Assembly (NCBI GenBank): GCA_043822005.1
Contig: JBDRCE010000031.1
Location: 2,513 to 66,512 of the forward strand
DNA: 64,000 nt
DNA from: Pseudomonadota bacterium
GTDB taxonomy: Bacteria > Pseudomonadota > Alphaproteobacteria > Rhizobiales > Rhizobiaceae
Direction of reading: 5' to 3'
Part shown: positions 11,885-20,220 of the stretch, piece after piece
Layout: every line of letters starts with the position of its first letter
Numbering within the stretch: the first letter of the stretch is position 1
The notes under the pieces: generated by a model
What the model was told of the DNA's origin: nothing
Seen by the model: the letters and a program-made list of their open reading frames with translations, nothing else
Databases searched by the model: none
Position numbers and translations under genes: made by a program

Positions 11885-13693
11885 TCAAACTGAAAAGTGA
11901 TTTGAGTAACGCCAAGATATACCCCCTCCCTTCAAACGTCCGTCGAGCGTTTGATCTGCAATTTTACTGGAAGTGAGTCGCAGAACCATAACGGTCTTAC
12001 CTTCCTGCAGATCCAGCTCGCGTTGCTCCCCCCGTTCATCCTTCCACAGGCCTATTGTCTGTCTGGGTATGAAGTCATGCTGAATAAGCGACATCGTCTT
12101 GTTGCTTCTTTTGATCAAGCCTAAGCTAGTGACCGTAAGCACAGCCGTGCCGGGGTCGTCAGCAAGAGTAGACGCGTACCGTGCAGGCCACCTAACCTTT
12201 AATTGAGGACCATCCATTAGGATAGCAAATAGAAGATTAGGGGCAACAGATCTTAATATATCGTGACAGGGATCACTTCGTGCAAGATCTTCACAAATCA
12301 TGCTAGTAAATACGGACGAGCCGCGGTACTGAAAGAAATGTATTTCTCGTTGGGCTATATCGTGCTTTTCCCACCATGCGGCGACTGGTCGTAGGCCGAC
12401 AAGGTCATAGGTATCTATTTGCGAATTATCTAACCTCCACCGATGATGTTTTCGCCTGCTAGTTAATAGGTACTTGTTCTGCGCACTTTCACCTACCTCC
12501 ACACTCTCGTCTGTATACCAGAAAGCCGTCAGCACAAAATTTGCCTCCTCGCTTTCACAATTTGTCGAGCTTCCGCAAATAGCAAATTCGAGTTGAGGCT
12601 CAATGCTTTTTATACTCTTGCACAATACACTGAAAATCTCTTCAGTAAGTGAGTATTCTGGAAATACAATTGCGTTAATTACCTCTCCTTCTGGAAGTTT
12701 GTTTTTTGCGGACTGAACTGACGAAATTACACTATCTATCAGCTCCTCTTGGCGACGTAGCCAAGACTGTTCTACCCTAAAGCTTCCCCAATTTGGCCTG
12801 CGCTTGATATCAGGCAGCGCTGTTGCAATCGGTTGGAAGTTGTCTGAATCGAGTTCTAAGGGCAGTGCGCAAATGAGGACGTTAAGTGTCTCGTCGTCAC
12901 TACTGTGCGTAGCGATCTTCGGTTGCTGCCAATGGCATCGCACCGAGCCCGCGTGACCAAGATAGGCAACGTTCTTGGTTAAGTTGCGAAGTGTGCATCC
13001 AACTTGCGATACCCTATTCTTTGGCTGCACGCACGCCACGTCGGACGACGCAAGCTCGCCGAATGACGAGCGCTGGCGATCCGCCCTGAATCGGTTGGCG
13101 CCTAACAAATTTTCGATACGGAATGGATTGAGGTAAACCTGATGAAAGTAGTCGACCAGCCAGCGATCCGAGTGTTCCTTCGTTGGTGGCGATCCGATCC
13201 CCACACAAGCTTCATCTGCAGTGACAGCTAGCATTAGGACAGGCTTCCACCACTTCGGAACACTGCCCAGCGCGTCCTCATACATCTCGTAGCTCGACGC
13301 TCGTATTTTCTCCCGTCTCGATCGTACGATCTTATCCCACAGTAGGTTTACGAAGATCGGAACGGATGCTCGGCGTGACCAACGCTCCCCCTCCGTCACG
13401 CATTTAGTCCGTTCCTCCATCGACAAGCAGAAATGTAGTTTCGCGGGTCCCACCGGATCCGCCGGCCTCGTATAATCGGGATCCGGATCAAAGTAGTTGA
13501 GTAGTCCTGAAAGATGAATCAAGTGAGCAGCAGCAGCAAACACGTCCGTAGGCATCGCAGGTGCCACTGCCCATTTTCGTAATCCCGCTGGAACCTTCAG
13601 GCCTGATGGCGGCACGGTTCCTGAGGGAAACAGGGTAGCCAATGCCTGCCCCACGGTCATCGCCCGCGGAGATAGTAAAGTTGTTCGTGTCAT
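11885..13693 (-). CDS. Hypothetical 602-aa protein: unknown N-terminal domain fused to a nitrilase-superfamily (C-N hydrolase)-like domain
   Basis: Long uninterrupted ORF in AT-richer DNA. NAIVFPE(346)YSL, TSRRK(415)HHRW and FTSMIC(467)EDL occur in the canonical E-K-C order, followed by APNLLFAIL. Confidence 0.7.
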   Translation of the reverse strand: MTRTTLLSPRAMTVGQALATLFPSGTVPPSGLKVPAGLRKWAVAPAMPTDVFAAAAHLIHLSGLLNYFDPDPDYTRPADPVGPAKLHFCLSMEERTKCVTEGERWSRRASVPIFVNLLWDKIVRSRREKIRASSYEMYEDALGSVPKWWKPVLMLAVTADEACVGIGSPPTKEHSDRWLVDYFHQVYLNPFRIENLLGANRFRADRQRSSFGELASSDVACVQPKNRVSQVGCTLRNLTKNVAYLGHAGSVRCHWQQPKIATHSSDDETLNVLICALPLELDSDNFQPIATALPDIKRRPNWGSFRVEQSWLRRQEELIDSVISSVQSAKNKLPEGEVINAIVFPEYSLTEEIFSVLCKSIKSIEPQLEFAICGSSTNCESEEANFVLTAFWYTDESVEVGESAQNKYLLTSRRKHHRWRLDNSQIDTYDLVGLRPVAAWWEKHDIAQREIHFFQYRGSSVFTSMICEDLARSDPCHDILRSVAPNLLFAILMDGPQLKVRWPARYASTLADDPGTAVLTVTSLGLIKRSNKTMSLIQHDFIPRQTIGLWKDERGEQRELDLQEGKTVMVLRLTSSKIADQTLDGRLKGGGISWRYSNHFSV

Positions 13694-13961
13694 TCTTTGT
13701 ATGTTCCCGCCCTTTACGGTAGTCTGCCATACAACCTTCCCATATTGTCAACCAAATAGTCATCTTTAGAACATACTCTAGGCACGAAACTCTATGATTA
13801 TTCACAACATAGATGTTGCACAGAGGCAACACACCATAGAAATTCGGTCACAATGATGCCTCTTTTCCACCACAGTCATGCTCCAAATGAACGTCGGCCC
13901 TTGGCATCTCTGCCCATAGCAGGTTCACTACCCTCACACCCATCAACGCGCGAGATGCGAA

Positions 13962-14177
13962 ATGTCTGCTGTTCTCTCTAAGAGCCTCAGGGATGAGGTC
14001 ATCGCTGAAGCTGACAAGACCAAGGATGCGACGTTAAAGCTGGTCGCAGGGATGTATGCGGAGCAGACACTTCGCGGCATGGAGCGTGCTAATAATAAAG
14101 TCGACAGGGCTACAAAAAAGCATGTGAGAACGGCTTTTCGTGCCGCTCTGCTGCGAGAGTTTTCAAGCGAGTTCTAA
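13962..14177 (+). CDS. Hypothetical 71-aa protein, probably helical
   Basis: ORF in the same AT-richer islet, divergent from the 602-aa gene across a 268-bp AT-rich spacer. No motif. Confidence 0.4.
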   Translation: MSAVLSKSLRDEVIAEADKTKDATLKLVAGMYAEQTLRGMERANNKVDRATKKHVRTAFRAALLREFSSEF

Positions 14178-14511
14178 AACCGAACTCCGGGCTGAGGCCG
14201 TCCTAAAGCGGGCTGACGCACGATCTATGGCATGGTGACGGATGCGTCACCCGGGACATTACCGCACAATCAAGGGCACCAAGGTCACGCGCAAGGCCTC
14301 GGGATCGCGCGGGGGCGCGGCGGCCACGCGCTAAAGGCCATTCGGATATGAAGAAGGCGTGACGTCTCCCGTCGCTGCGCCCCCGTCACCCGAGGACGAT
14401 GAAGGCGCTAGGCGCCAACCCCCACCACCCCGACACCCCGCCGCACCCCTTGCACTCCCCCCGCGCCCGACGCTAGAAGGCCGTGGGCGCTGGGCATGGA
14501 ATGGAGTATCG

Positions 14512-14907
14512 ATGTCGATCGCCCGATCTGTGGCCGCGCCGCGCGTCCGCCGCCTTGCATCCTTCGCGACGAAATACGCGCCGGCAGCCGCCTGCCTGCT
14601 GGCCCTTGCCGCCTGCGCCTCCGCGCCTGCCCCCACGTCCACCGCGCTGCCCCGGTTCGACCCGAAGGCCAGCTCGCCCGAATGCCAGCGGGTGCGCGCG
14701 GCCGCCGCCGCATGGGAGGCCAACAAGAAGCCGCCGATGAACCTGGCCGTCGGCGCGCTGATGGGCCCCTACGGGCTGGCGCTCGCCGCCGCCTCCAGGG
14801 AGCACCAGGCCAAGCAGCGAAAACTCCATGCCCGCGACGTCCACCTCGCCTGTTCCAGCGCGCCCCTGCCGAGCAACCTGCAGGTCACCCCCAACGGCAA
14901 CTCGTGA
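14512..14907 (+). CDS. Putative lipoprotein
   Basis: MSIARSV...CLLALAAC lipobox-like signal. Start chosen at the internal ATG 14512 of track ORF 14359..14907. Confidence 0.55.
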   Translation: MSIARSVAAPRVRRLASFATKYAPAAACLLALAACASAPAPTSTALPRFDPKASSPECQRVRAAAAAWEANKKPPMNLAVGALMGPYGLALAAASREHQAKQRKLHARDVHLACSSAPLPSNLQVTPNGNS

Positions 14908-15016
14908 GGCTCGGCGCGCCGCGCTGAGTCCTGCCGCAGCGTAAGGCGCGGCGCCGACATTGCGTCCGCCAGGCTCCCGCCCCTTTCGGCCACCCAACCC
15001 CTCCACCAGATGCGGA

Positions 15017-15144
15017 CGCCCCCTCCACCACGCTTCGCGTGGTCCCCCTCCCCCGCTTCGCAGGGGAGGATCGCGCACCACCGCCGCGCCCTATCCTCCC
15101 CCGTTTACGGGGGAGGGGAACCGCCGAAGGTGGTGGAGGGGGCG
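15017..15144. repeat. Composite REP element (nested palindromes)
   Basis: Perfect 15-nt terminal inverted repeats CGCCCCCTCCACCAC (15017-15031) / GTGGTGGAGGGGGCG (15130-15144). They enclose two hairpins, CCTCCCC..GGGGAGG and CCTCCCCCGtttaCGGGGGAGG. Confidence 0.75.
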
Positions 15145-15322
15145 CGTGCGGAGCGTGGTAATGGCTCCCTCCAAGGGCGATAACGCCACCCCCGTGCATC
15201 GATTTCCGCCCCCAATCCCGCCAACCCCCTTCCCCACTCGCCATTCGCCACTCGCCACCCGCCTTTTCGATCCACACCCTTCCACCTCTCCGCGACACTG
15301 TCCGCGATGAAAGGAGGCGCGG

Positions 15323-16315
15323 GTGAGCGGCTGGAACGGAACGAGTAACTGGGAAAGCGGGATCGACTGGAACCTCGTGATCGAGCGCAATGTCCGGCTG
15401 CTCGGCCCCATCGTCGCCACGCTGTGCATCATGGCCGGGCTCCCCGTCTCCTCGCCCCGATGGGCGAGGCGAGAAGCGGTGGCCGCAGGCTACGAAAAGC
15501 CCCAAAATGGGCTTTTCGAGCGACCGAGCGCCCGGAGCCATAGCGGAGGGCCGGGTTCGGCGCGGCTCGCCTCTTCCTCGCCCCGATGGGGAGAGGATGG
15601 TCCGGCTCGCCGAGGCGCAGCCGAGGCGTTAGCCGGACCTGGTGAGGGGGATCTGTCCCCGACGCTCCCCCGCCGCGTCCACCGCGCCGTCTATCGGCTG
15701 CTGCGCGCGGCCGAAGCGGCGGTGCGGCGGCTGATCATCGTGGTGGGCCGCGACATGGTCGCGGCGGCGCCCGCATTGCCGCCGGTCCAGCCGAAGCGCG
15801 GCCCGCTCGTCACGCACGTCCCCATCGTCGTCCCCGGCCTTGGCCTGGCACTCGGCCCCGCGGCCGCCGAAACCCCTGCCCAACCGACGGCCCAGCGCAA
15901 ACTCTCCTTCCCTCTCCTCGACCCGCTGCCAGACCCCGACGCGCCGCCGTTCCACATCCGCTCGTCTGGCGTGCCGCGCATCTCCATTCCCGGCTGGACG
16001 CCGCTCTTCGCGATCGCGCCGAAACACGACCCCTCGCCCAACGATCCGATCGATGCCGGATACCTTCGCCTGCGTCTAGAAGCCTTGAGCCGGGCGCTCG
16101 GCGACCTGCCCCGCCAGGCCATGCGGCTGGCCCGCTGGCGCGCCCGCTGCGAGGCTCTGCGCAAGACCGGCCGCGCCGGGTCCGTCTCGCCGCTGCGTCC
16201 CGGCCGCGCCTATGGCCTCCACCGTCCCGGCTCGCCAAGGCGCGAGCACGAGGTCGACGATGTCCTGAGAGACCTGCACTATTTCGCCTACGAAGCGCGG
16301 CGCGATACATCATGA
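15323..16315 (+). CDS. Hypothetical protein carrying an internal REP-derived segment
   Basis: 330-aa ORF. The segments before about 15443 and after about 15658 look protein-like to me. The middle 72 codons are made of palindromic repeat DNA. Confidence 0.5.
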   Translation: MSGWNGTSNWESGIDWNLVIERNVRLLGPIVATLCIMAGLPVSSPRWARREAVAAGYEKPQNGLFERPSARSHSGGPGSARLASSSPRWGEDGPARRGAAEALAGPGEGDLSPTLPRRVHRAVYRLLRAAEAAVRRLIIVVGRDMVAAAPALPPVQPKRGPLVTHVPIVVPGLGLALGPAAAETPAQPTAQRKLSFPLLDPLPDPDAPPFHIRSSGVPRISIPGWTPLFAIAPKHDPSPNDPIDAGYLRLRLEALSRALGDLPRQAMRLARWRARCEALRKTGRAGSVSPLRPGRAYGLHRPGSPRREHEVDDVLRDLHYFAYEARRDTS

Positions 16316-16340
16316 GGGAGCCGACGGTCCACCCCACCCG

Positions 16341-16526
16341 CGCCGTCATCCTCGGGCTTGACCCGAGGATCTGCCTTCGCTCGTCCGTACCTGAGCCGCC
16401 CTTCACATCAACGCCGGCAGATCCTCGGGGTGAGATGGCGGTTCGCCCATCGGGCGAATTGCAAGGTCCAGTGGACCTTGCAAAGCCAATCGAACGCCCG
16501 AAGGGGCCGGCCCGAGGATGACGGCG
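16341..16526. mobile_element. MITE-like element with perfect 17-nt terminal inverted repeats
   Basis: CGCCGTCATCCTCGGGC (16341-16357) and GCCCGAGGATGACGGCG (16510-16526) are exact reverse complements. Internal hairpin ATCCTCGGG..CCCGAGGAT at 16348-16370. No ORF inside. Confidence 0.6.
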
Positions 16527-16568
16527 TGCTTATTGTCCGGACGCCTGCCCTACTGCCCTACTCCCGCC

Positions 16569-17078
16569 TCAGTGCCCCTTCGGCTTCGCGTCATGCCCGC
16601 CGGCGGGCTCGCCGCCGCCCGCCTTGACCTCGGCATGGTCGATCTCGGCCAGCATGCGCTCGCAGGAGGCTTCCGTCACCGTGCCGGCGCGGCGCAGTGC
16701 GGCCTGCCACGACATCGACACCAGCATCCCGTCATGCGCCGCCTCGGCGTCGGACGCGGCCTTCAGCGCCACCACCTCGAGCCCGCCGCAGCGGGATTTG
16801 AGCAGCTGCGCCAGCGCGAAACTGTAGGTGGCCGAGGTTTCGGCGTCGGCTTCCGCCTTCAGCGCCGCGACCTTCTGCGGGTCGACCCCGCCATGGCCCT
16901 CGGCCTCGGCAGGCGCTTCCGGCGCCGGCGTCAGGAAATAGGCCCAGGCCCCGTAGCCGCCCCCGCCCAGCACGATCAGCGGCACCAGCGCGAACAGGAG
17001 GAGCTTCACCTTCGAGCGCTTCTTCGGCGCGTCGCCTGGGGTCGCGGCGGGCGCCGCCTTTGCTTTCGTCTTGGCCAT
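16569..17078 (-). CDS. Membrane-anchored hypothetical protein
   Basis: Start at MAKTKAKAAP. Lys-rich N-terminus followed by one TM helix (LLLFALVPLIVLGGGGYGAWAYF). Confidence 0.55.
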   Translation of the reverse strand: MAKTKAKAAPAATPGDAPKKRSKVKLLLFALVPLIVLGGGGYGAWAYFLTPAPEAPAEAEGHGGVDPQKVAALKAEADAETSATYSFALAQLLKSRCGGLEVVALKAASDAEAAHDGMLVSMSWQAALRRAGTVTEASCERMLAEIDHAEVKAGGGEPAGGHDAKPKGH

Positions 17079-17185
17079 GCCCCCTTGTGCGCACAAAGGC
17101 GTTAAATCGGCGTAATCGCGAACGCGCGAATGTTTGCCTTTCGGCACTGCGGGCGTATGTTTCAGGCAACGGGTGGAGGGCGCCG

Positions 17186-17887
17186 ATGGGCGTCACGCGC
17201 AGGTCGGTCCTGGGACTGGGCATCGCCGCGGCGGCGCTGCCGGGCCTGTCGCGCGCCGCGCCCGCGGCACCCGCCGCCTTCCTCGGCCAGTCGGGCGAGC
17301 CGCAGACCGGCCGCCTCGTGCTCGGCCTGCTCGTCGCCGACGACGAGACGGCGCTCCGCCAGGCGGTCTTTGACCTGCGGACAAAACTCTCCTACCGGCG
17401 CGTGCTGCGCCAGCGCTCGACCGACCGCTACAAGCTCGCCTTCGCCCGCGCGCTGATCGATGCGCTCGCCGAACGGCCCGACACGCGCTTTGCCGCCGTC
17501 GCCTTCGACCTGCCGCCCTGGCCGAAGCCCGGCGCGGCGCGCGACCGGCTGGTGCGCGAGGCATTCGCCGAGGCGCTGGCCGCAGCACCTGCGGGAGCCG
17601 CGGTCAGCCTCGTCGACAATGGCGACCGCGCCGCCATCGGCACGCTGGTCCATGCCCTCCCGTCGGCACAGTCGGCGCGCGTGCTGCGCTTTGCCCGGAT
17701 CGGCGACGACGATCTGTTGCAGGTCGCAGCCCTCCTCACCGGGCTCGCCAATCCGTCGCGGGCGCGCAGCCGCTCCACCAAGGGCGAGCTCGTGGCGCAT
17801 CTGAGGCTCTCGCTCGGCGTCGGCGAGATTTCGGCGCGGGCGCTGTCGCGCCATCCGCGGTTTTCGGTGCGGTCGGTGAAAGTGTAA
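17186..17887 (+). CDS. Hypothetical exported protein with twin-arginine signal
   Basis: MGVTRRSVLGLGIAAAALPGLSRA Tat-type signal at the internal ATG 17186. Confidence 0.55.
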   Translation: MGVTRRSVLGLGIAAAALPGLSRAAPAAPAAFLGQSGEPQTGRLVLGLLVADDETALRQAVFDLRTKLSYRRVLRQRSTDRYKLAFARALIDALAERPDTRFAAVAFDLPPWPKPGAARDRLVREAFAEALAAAPAGAAVSLVDNGDRAAIGTLVHALPSAQSARVLRFARIGDDDLLQVAALLTGLANPSRARSRSTKGELVAHLRLSLGVGEISARALSRHPRFSVRSVKV

Positions 17888-17977
17888 GGCGCGCCGGCGG
17901 AAGCCGTCCCAGTCGCAAAGCCACTAACGAGGGCAACCGCCGGCACGGCTCCATCAGGCGCCCGGCCGCAGCCCCAG

Positions 17978-18808
17978 TCAATAGCGCCGCTTGCGCACCC
18001 GGTCGCGGCCGAGCCCGGTCTCGTCCAGCAGCCCGGCCCGCTTGGCGTGGTAATAGTAGCCCGACTGGTAGAGCCGGTCTGCCTGGCGCTCGTCGCCGCC
18101 GGCCACGAGATAGGCCCCGCGCAGATACTTCACCGAATAGATCAGGTTGGTCTCGGCATCGAGCAGGCCAGAGGCCGAGCCGCGATAGCCCATGCCGCGC
18201 GCCGTCTGGTGCTTGATCTGCATCAGCCCCCAATGGCCGCGGTTATAGGCCTTCGGGTTGAAGTTGCTCTCGCGCCTGACGACCTTGCGCACGAACGCCT
18301 CGGGCAGGTCGTAGTGCCGCGCATACTTGGCGATCAGCGCATCGACCGGCGCGCCCGACGAAGGCGGCGGCGGCGGCGCGAAGGCGGCGAGCCTGACCTC
18401 GCGGGCGGCAGGCTGCTCGGGAGCCGCGGCCTCGATCGCGGCGGAGGCGGAGGTTTGCGCGGGTGCTGCCATCGCGACCTGCGACAGCCGCTCTGGCGAC
18501 GACTGCATGGCAAGCCGGTCGCCCTTCGGCGCGGCTCCCTCCGAGGTCGTGGGGGCGAGCGGCAGTCCGGCGAAATTCTCCGCAGCGGCGTCGATGTCGG
18601 CCTCGACGAGCGCGCTCGCCTGCGGCTGGAGCGAGGGCTGTGGCGCGAGCGACGCGAGATCGCCGGAGACGCAGCCCGACATCAGGCTGCCGGCGGCGGC
18701 GAGGAGAAGGAAACGGCGGACGGACAGCGCAGAGCTCCGGGTCGGTGGCGTGTGTCCCGAATGCAGCCGATTTCTGGCAGGAATGAGACGGGACCCGCGA
18801 ATCGCCAT
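17978..18808 (-). CDS. Lytic transglycosylase (SLT domain) lipoprotein
   Basis: VVRRESNFNPKAYNRGHWGLMQIK...NLIYSVKYL SLT motifs. Start at MAIRGS with LLLAAAGSLMSGC lipobox. Confidence 0.85.
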   Translation of the reverse strand: MAIRGSRLIPARNRLHSGHTPPTRSSALSVRRFLLLAAAGSLMSGCVSGDLASLAPQPSLQPQASALVEADIDAAAENFAGLPLAPTTSEGAAPKGDRLAMQSSPERLSQVAMAAPAQTSASAAIEAAAPEQPAAREVRLAAFAPPPPPSSGAPVDALIAKYARHYDLPEAFVRKVVRRESNFNPKAYNRGHWGLMQIKHQTARGMGYRGSASGLLDAETNLIYSVKYLRGAYLVAGGDERQADRLYQSGYYYHAKRAGLLDETGLGRDRVRKRRY

Positions 18809-18929
18809 CACGATGGGCCGAGACGCCGCGCTCAGCGCAATCTCCGGCTTCTTGCCGGGTAAATGTTCATGGATTGTTCGGTCGCGAGACTCGCTGTAAA
18901 ATGGTTTCCTTGTCTCGTGGAGACCGCCG

Positions 18930-19496
18930 ATGGAAGCCTCCCCGCCCCTCTTCCACACCGTCCTCGACACCGCGCTCGGGCCGGTGGGGCTCGCCTGGCG
19001 CGCCGAACCCCGGCGCCTTCCCGTGGTGCGCCTGCAACTGCCGGCCGGGGACGCGGCCGAGACCGAGAAGGCACTGACCAAAAGGCTCGCCTCGACGCGC
19101 GCGGCGAAGCTACCGCCGGAGATCGCCAGGCTGGCGGAGATGATCCAGGCCTATGCGCGGGGCGAGACGGTCGACTTCTCGGCCGTCCCCGTCGATTTCG
19201 GTCCCGTGGAGCCACTGCGCCGGACGATCTACGCGACCTTGCGGAAGCTCCGCCATGGCGAGACGCTCACCTATGGCGAGCTCGCCGAACGCGCCGGTTT
19301 CCCCGGCCAGGCGCAGGCGGTCGGCCAGGCGATGGGGCGCAATCCCGTCCCGCTCATCGTGCCCTGCCACCGGGTGCTGGCCGCCGGCGGCAAGATCGGC
19401 GGCTTCTCCGCACCCGGCGGCGTGACGACCAAGCAGAAGATGCTCAGGCTCGAGGGCGCGATCAAGGCGCCGGCGCAGGCGGATCTGTTTGGGTGA
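18930..19496 (+). CDS. ogt: Methylated-DNA--protein-cysteine methyltransferase
   Basis: PLIVPCHRVLAAGGKIGGF active-site PCHR motif. 188 aa. Confidence 0.9.
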   Translation: MEASPPLFHTVLDTALGPVGLAWRAEPRRLPVVRLQLPAGDAAETEKALTKRLASTRAAKLPPEIARLAEMIQAYARGETVDFSAVPVDFGPVEPLRRTIYATLRKLRHGETLTYGELAERAGFPGQAQAVGQAMGRNPVPLIVPCHRVLAAGGKIGGFSAPGGVTTKQKMLRLEGAIKAPAQADLFG

Positions 19497-19535
19497 GGGA
19501 GCAGAGGAGGTAGTCCTGCCTATTGCCCCGCTGCC

Positions 19536-19844
19536 CTACTCATCGAACGGATAATACGTCCTCTGCATGCATTTCAGCACGCGGCAGCGGTTGGTGTCGG
19601 CGGTCGGCACCACTTCGAGCTTCGCGTATTCGCCGGGCTGGCAGTAGCCGCCATGCGCGACATAGCGGTCGTAGAGCGGCAGCGAGGGATTGCGGGCGGA
19701 ACGGTAGCGCAGGATCACCGCCCCCTCCTCCTGGATCCGGCTCTGCGCCTCGTCACACGACATCTGCATTGAATTGTAGCGCCAAATGGCGTGCGCCGGC
19801 AGCGCCGTCGCCACCAGGGTGAGCGCGATGAGTGCGGTTCGCAT
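19536..19844 (-). CDS. Small exported Cys-containing hypothetical protein
   Basis: MRTALIALTLVATALPAHA signal peptide. 102 aa. Confidence 0.5.
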   Translation of the reverse strand: MRTALIALTLVATALPAHAIWRYNSMQMSCDEAQSRIQEEGAVILRYRSARNPSLPLYDRYVAHGGYCQPGEYAKLEVVPTADTNRCRVLKCMQRTYYPFDE

Positions 19845-20220
19845 GTTAGCCTCCTCGACCTGCGGGAACGTCAGTCAAGTCCCCCATCGTGTCGGAGATA
19901 GGGCGCCGGCAAGCCCTTGCAACGCCACCGCCCTGCACCCATATCATGCGCAGCGGCGTTCGCGGGATACTCTCCTTCCCTTCGGACGCCGGGCGCAGTC
20001 GCGGAGGCCGTAACCGGCCGGAGCGGCGCGCCGGTCTGGCGGCCTCTCCCGGCGCGCGGCGGATCACGGTCCGCACGCTTTCTGCAAGTCACGGATGTAC
20101 TGACGGCGGAGCGCAACGCGCGCCTCCTGCTGCCTCGCGATCGCTCCGGCGGTCCGGCGGCGGGTGGAGACGGCGGCCGGGCAAAGCCTTGACCGTCGAA
20201 GAAGCTTGGCTGCGCCAGGG

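Larger units (their letters stand above)
11860..14200. other. AT-richer genomic islet (probable horizontal acquisition)
   Basis: Abrupt composition shift relative to both flanks. Hand count of the single line 12241-12300 gives about 42% G+C. Contains only the 602-aa ORF and a 71-aa ORF. Confidence 0.6.

Noticed and set aside
11841-14241. Possible direct repeats flanking the AT-rich islet (TCCATGGCAC at 11841-11850 versus TCTATGGCAT at 14225-14234).
   Set aside because: Only about 8 of 10 positions match and nothing extends the repeat. This is insufficient to call att sites.
19845-20220. 375-bp gene-free GC-rich spacer with several short track ORFs, considered for an sRNA or small gene.
   Set aside because: I could not identify a promoter, terminator, conserved motif or convincing coding signal by eye.
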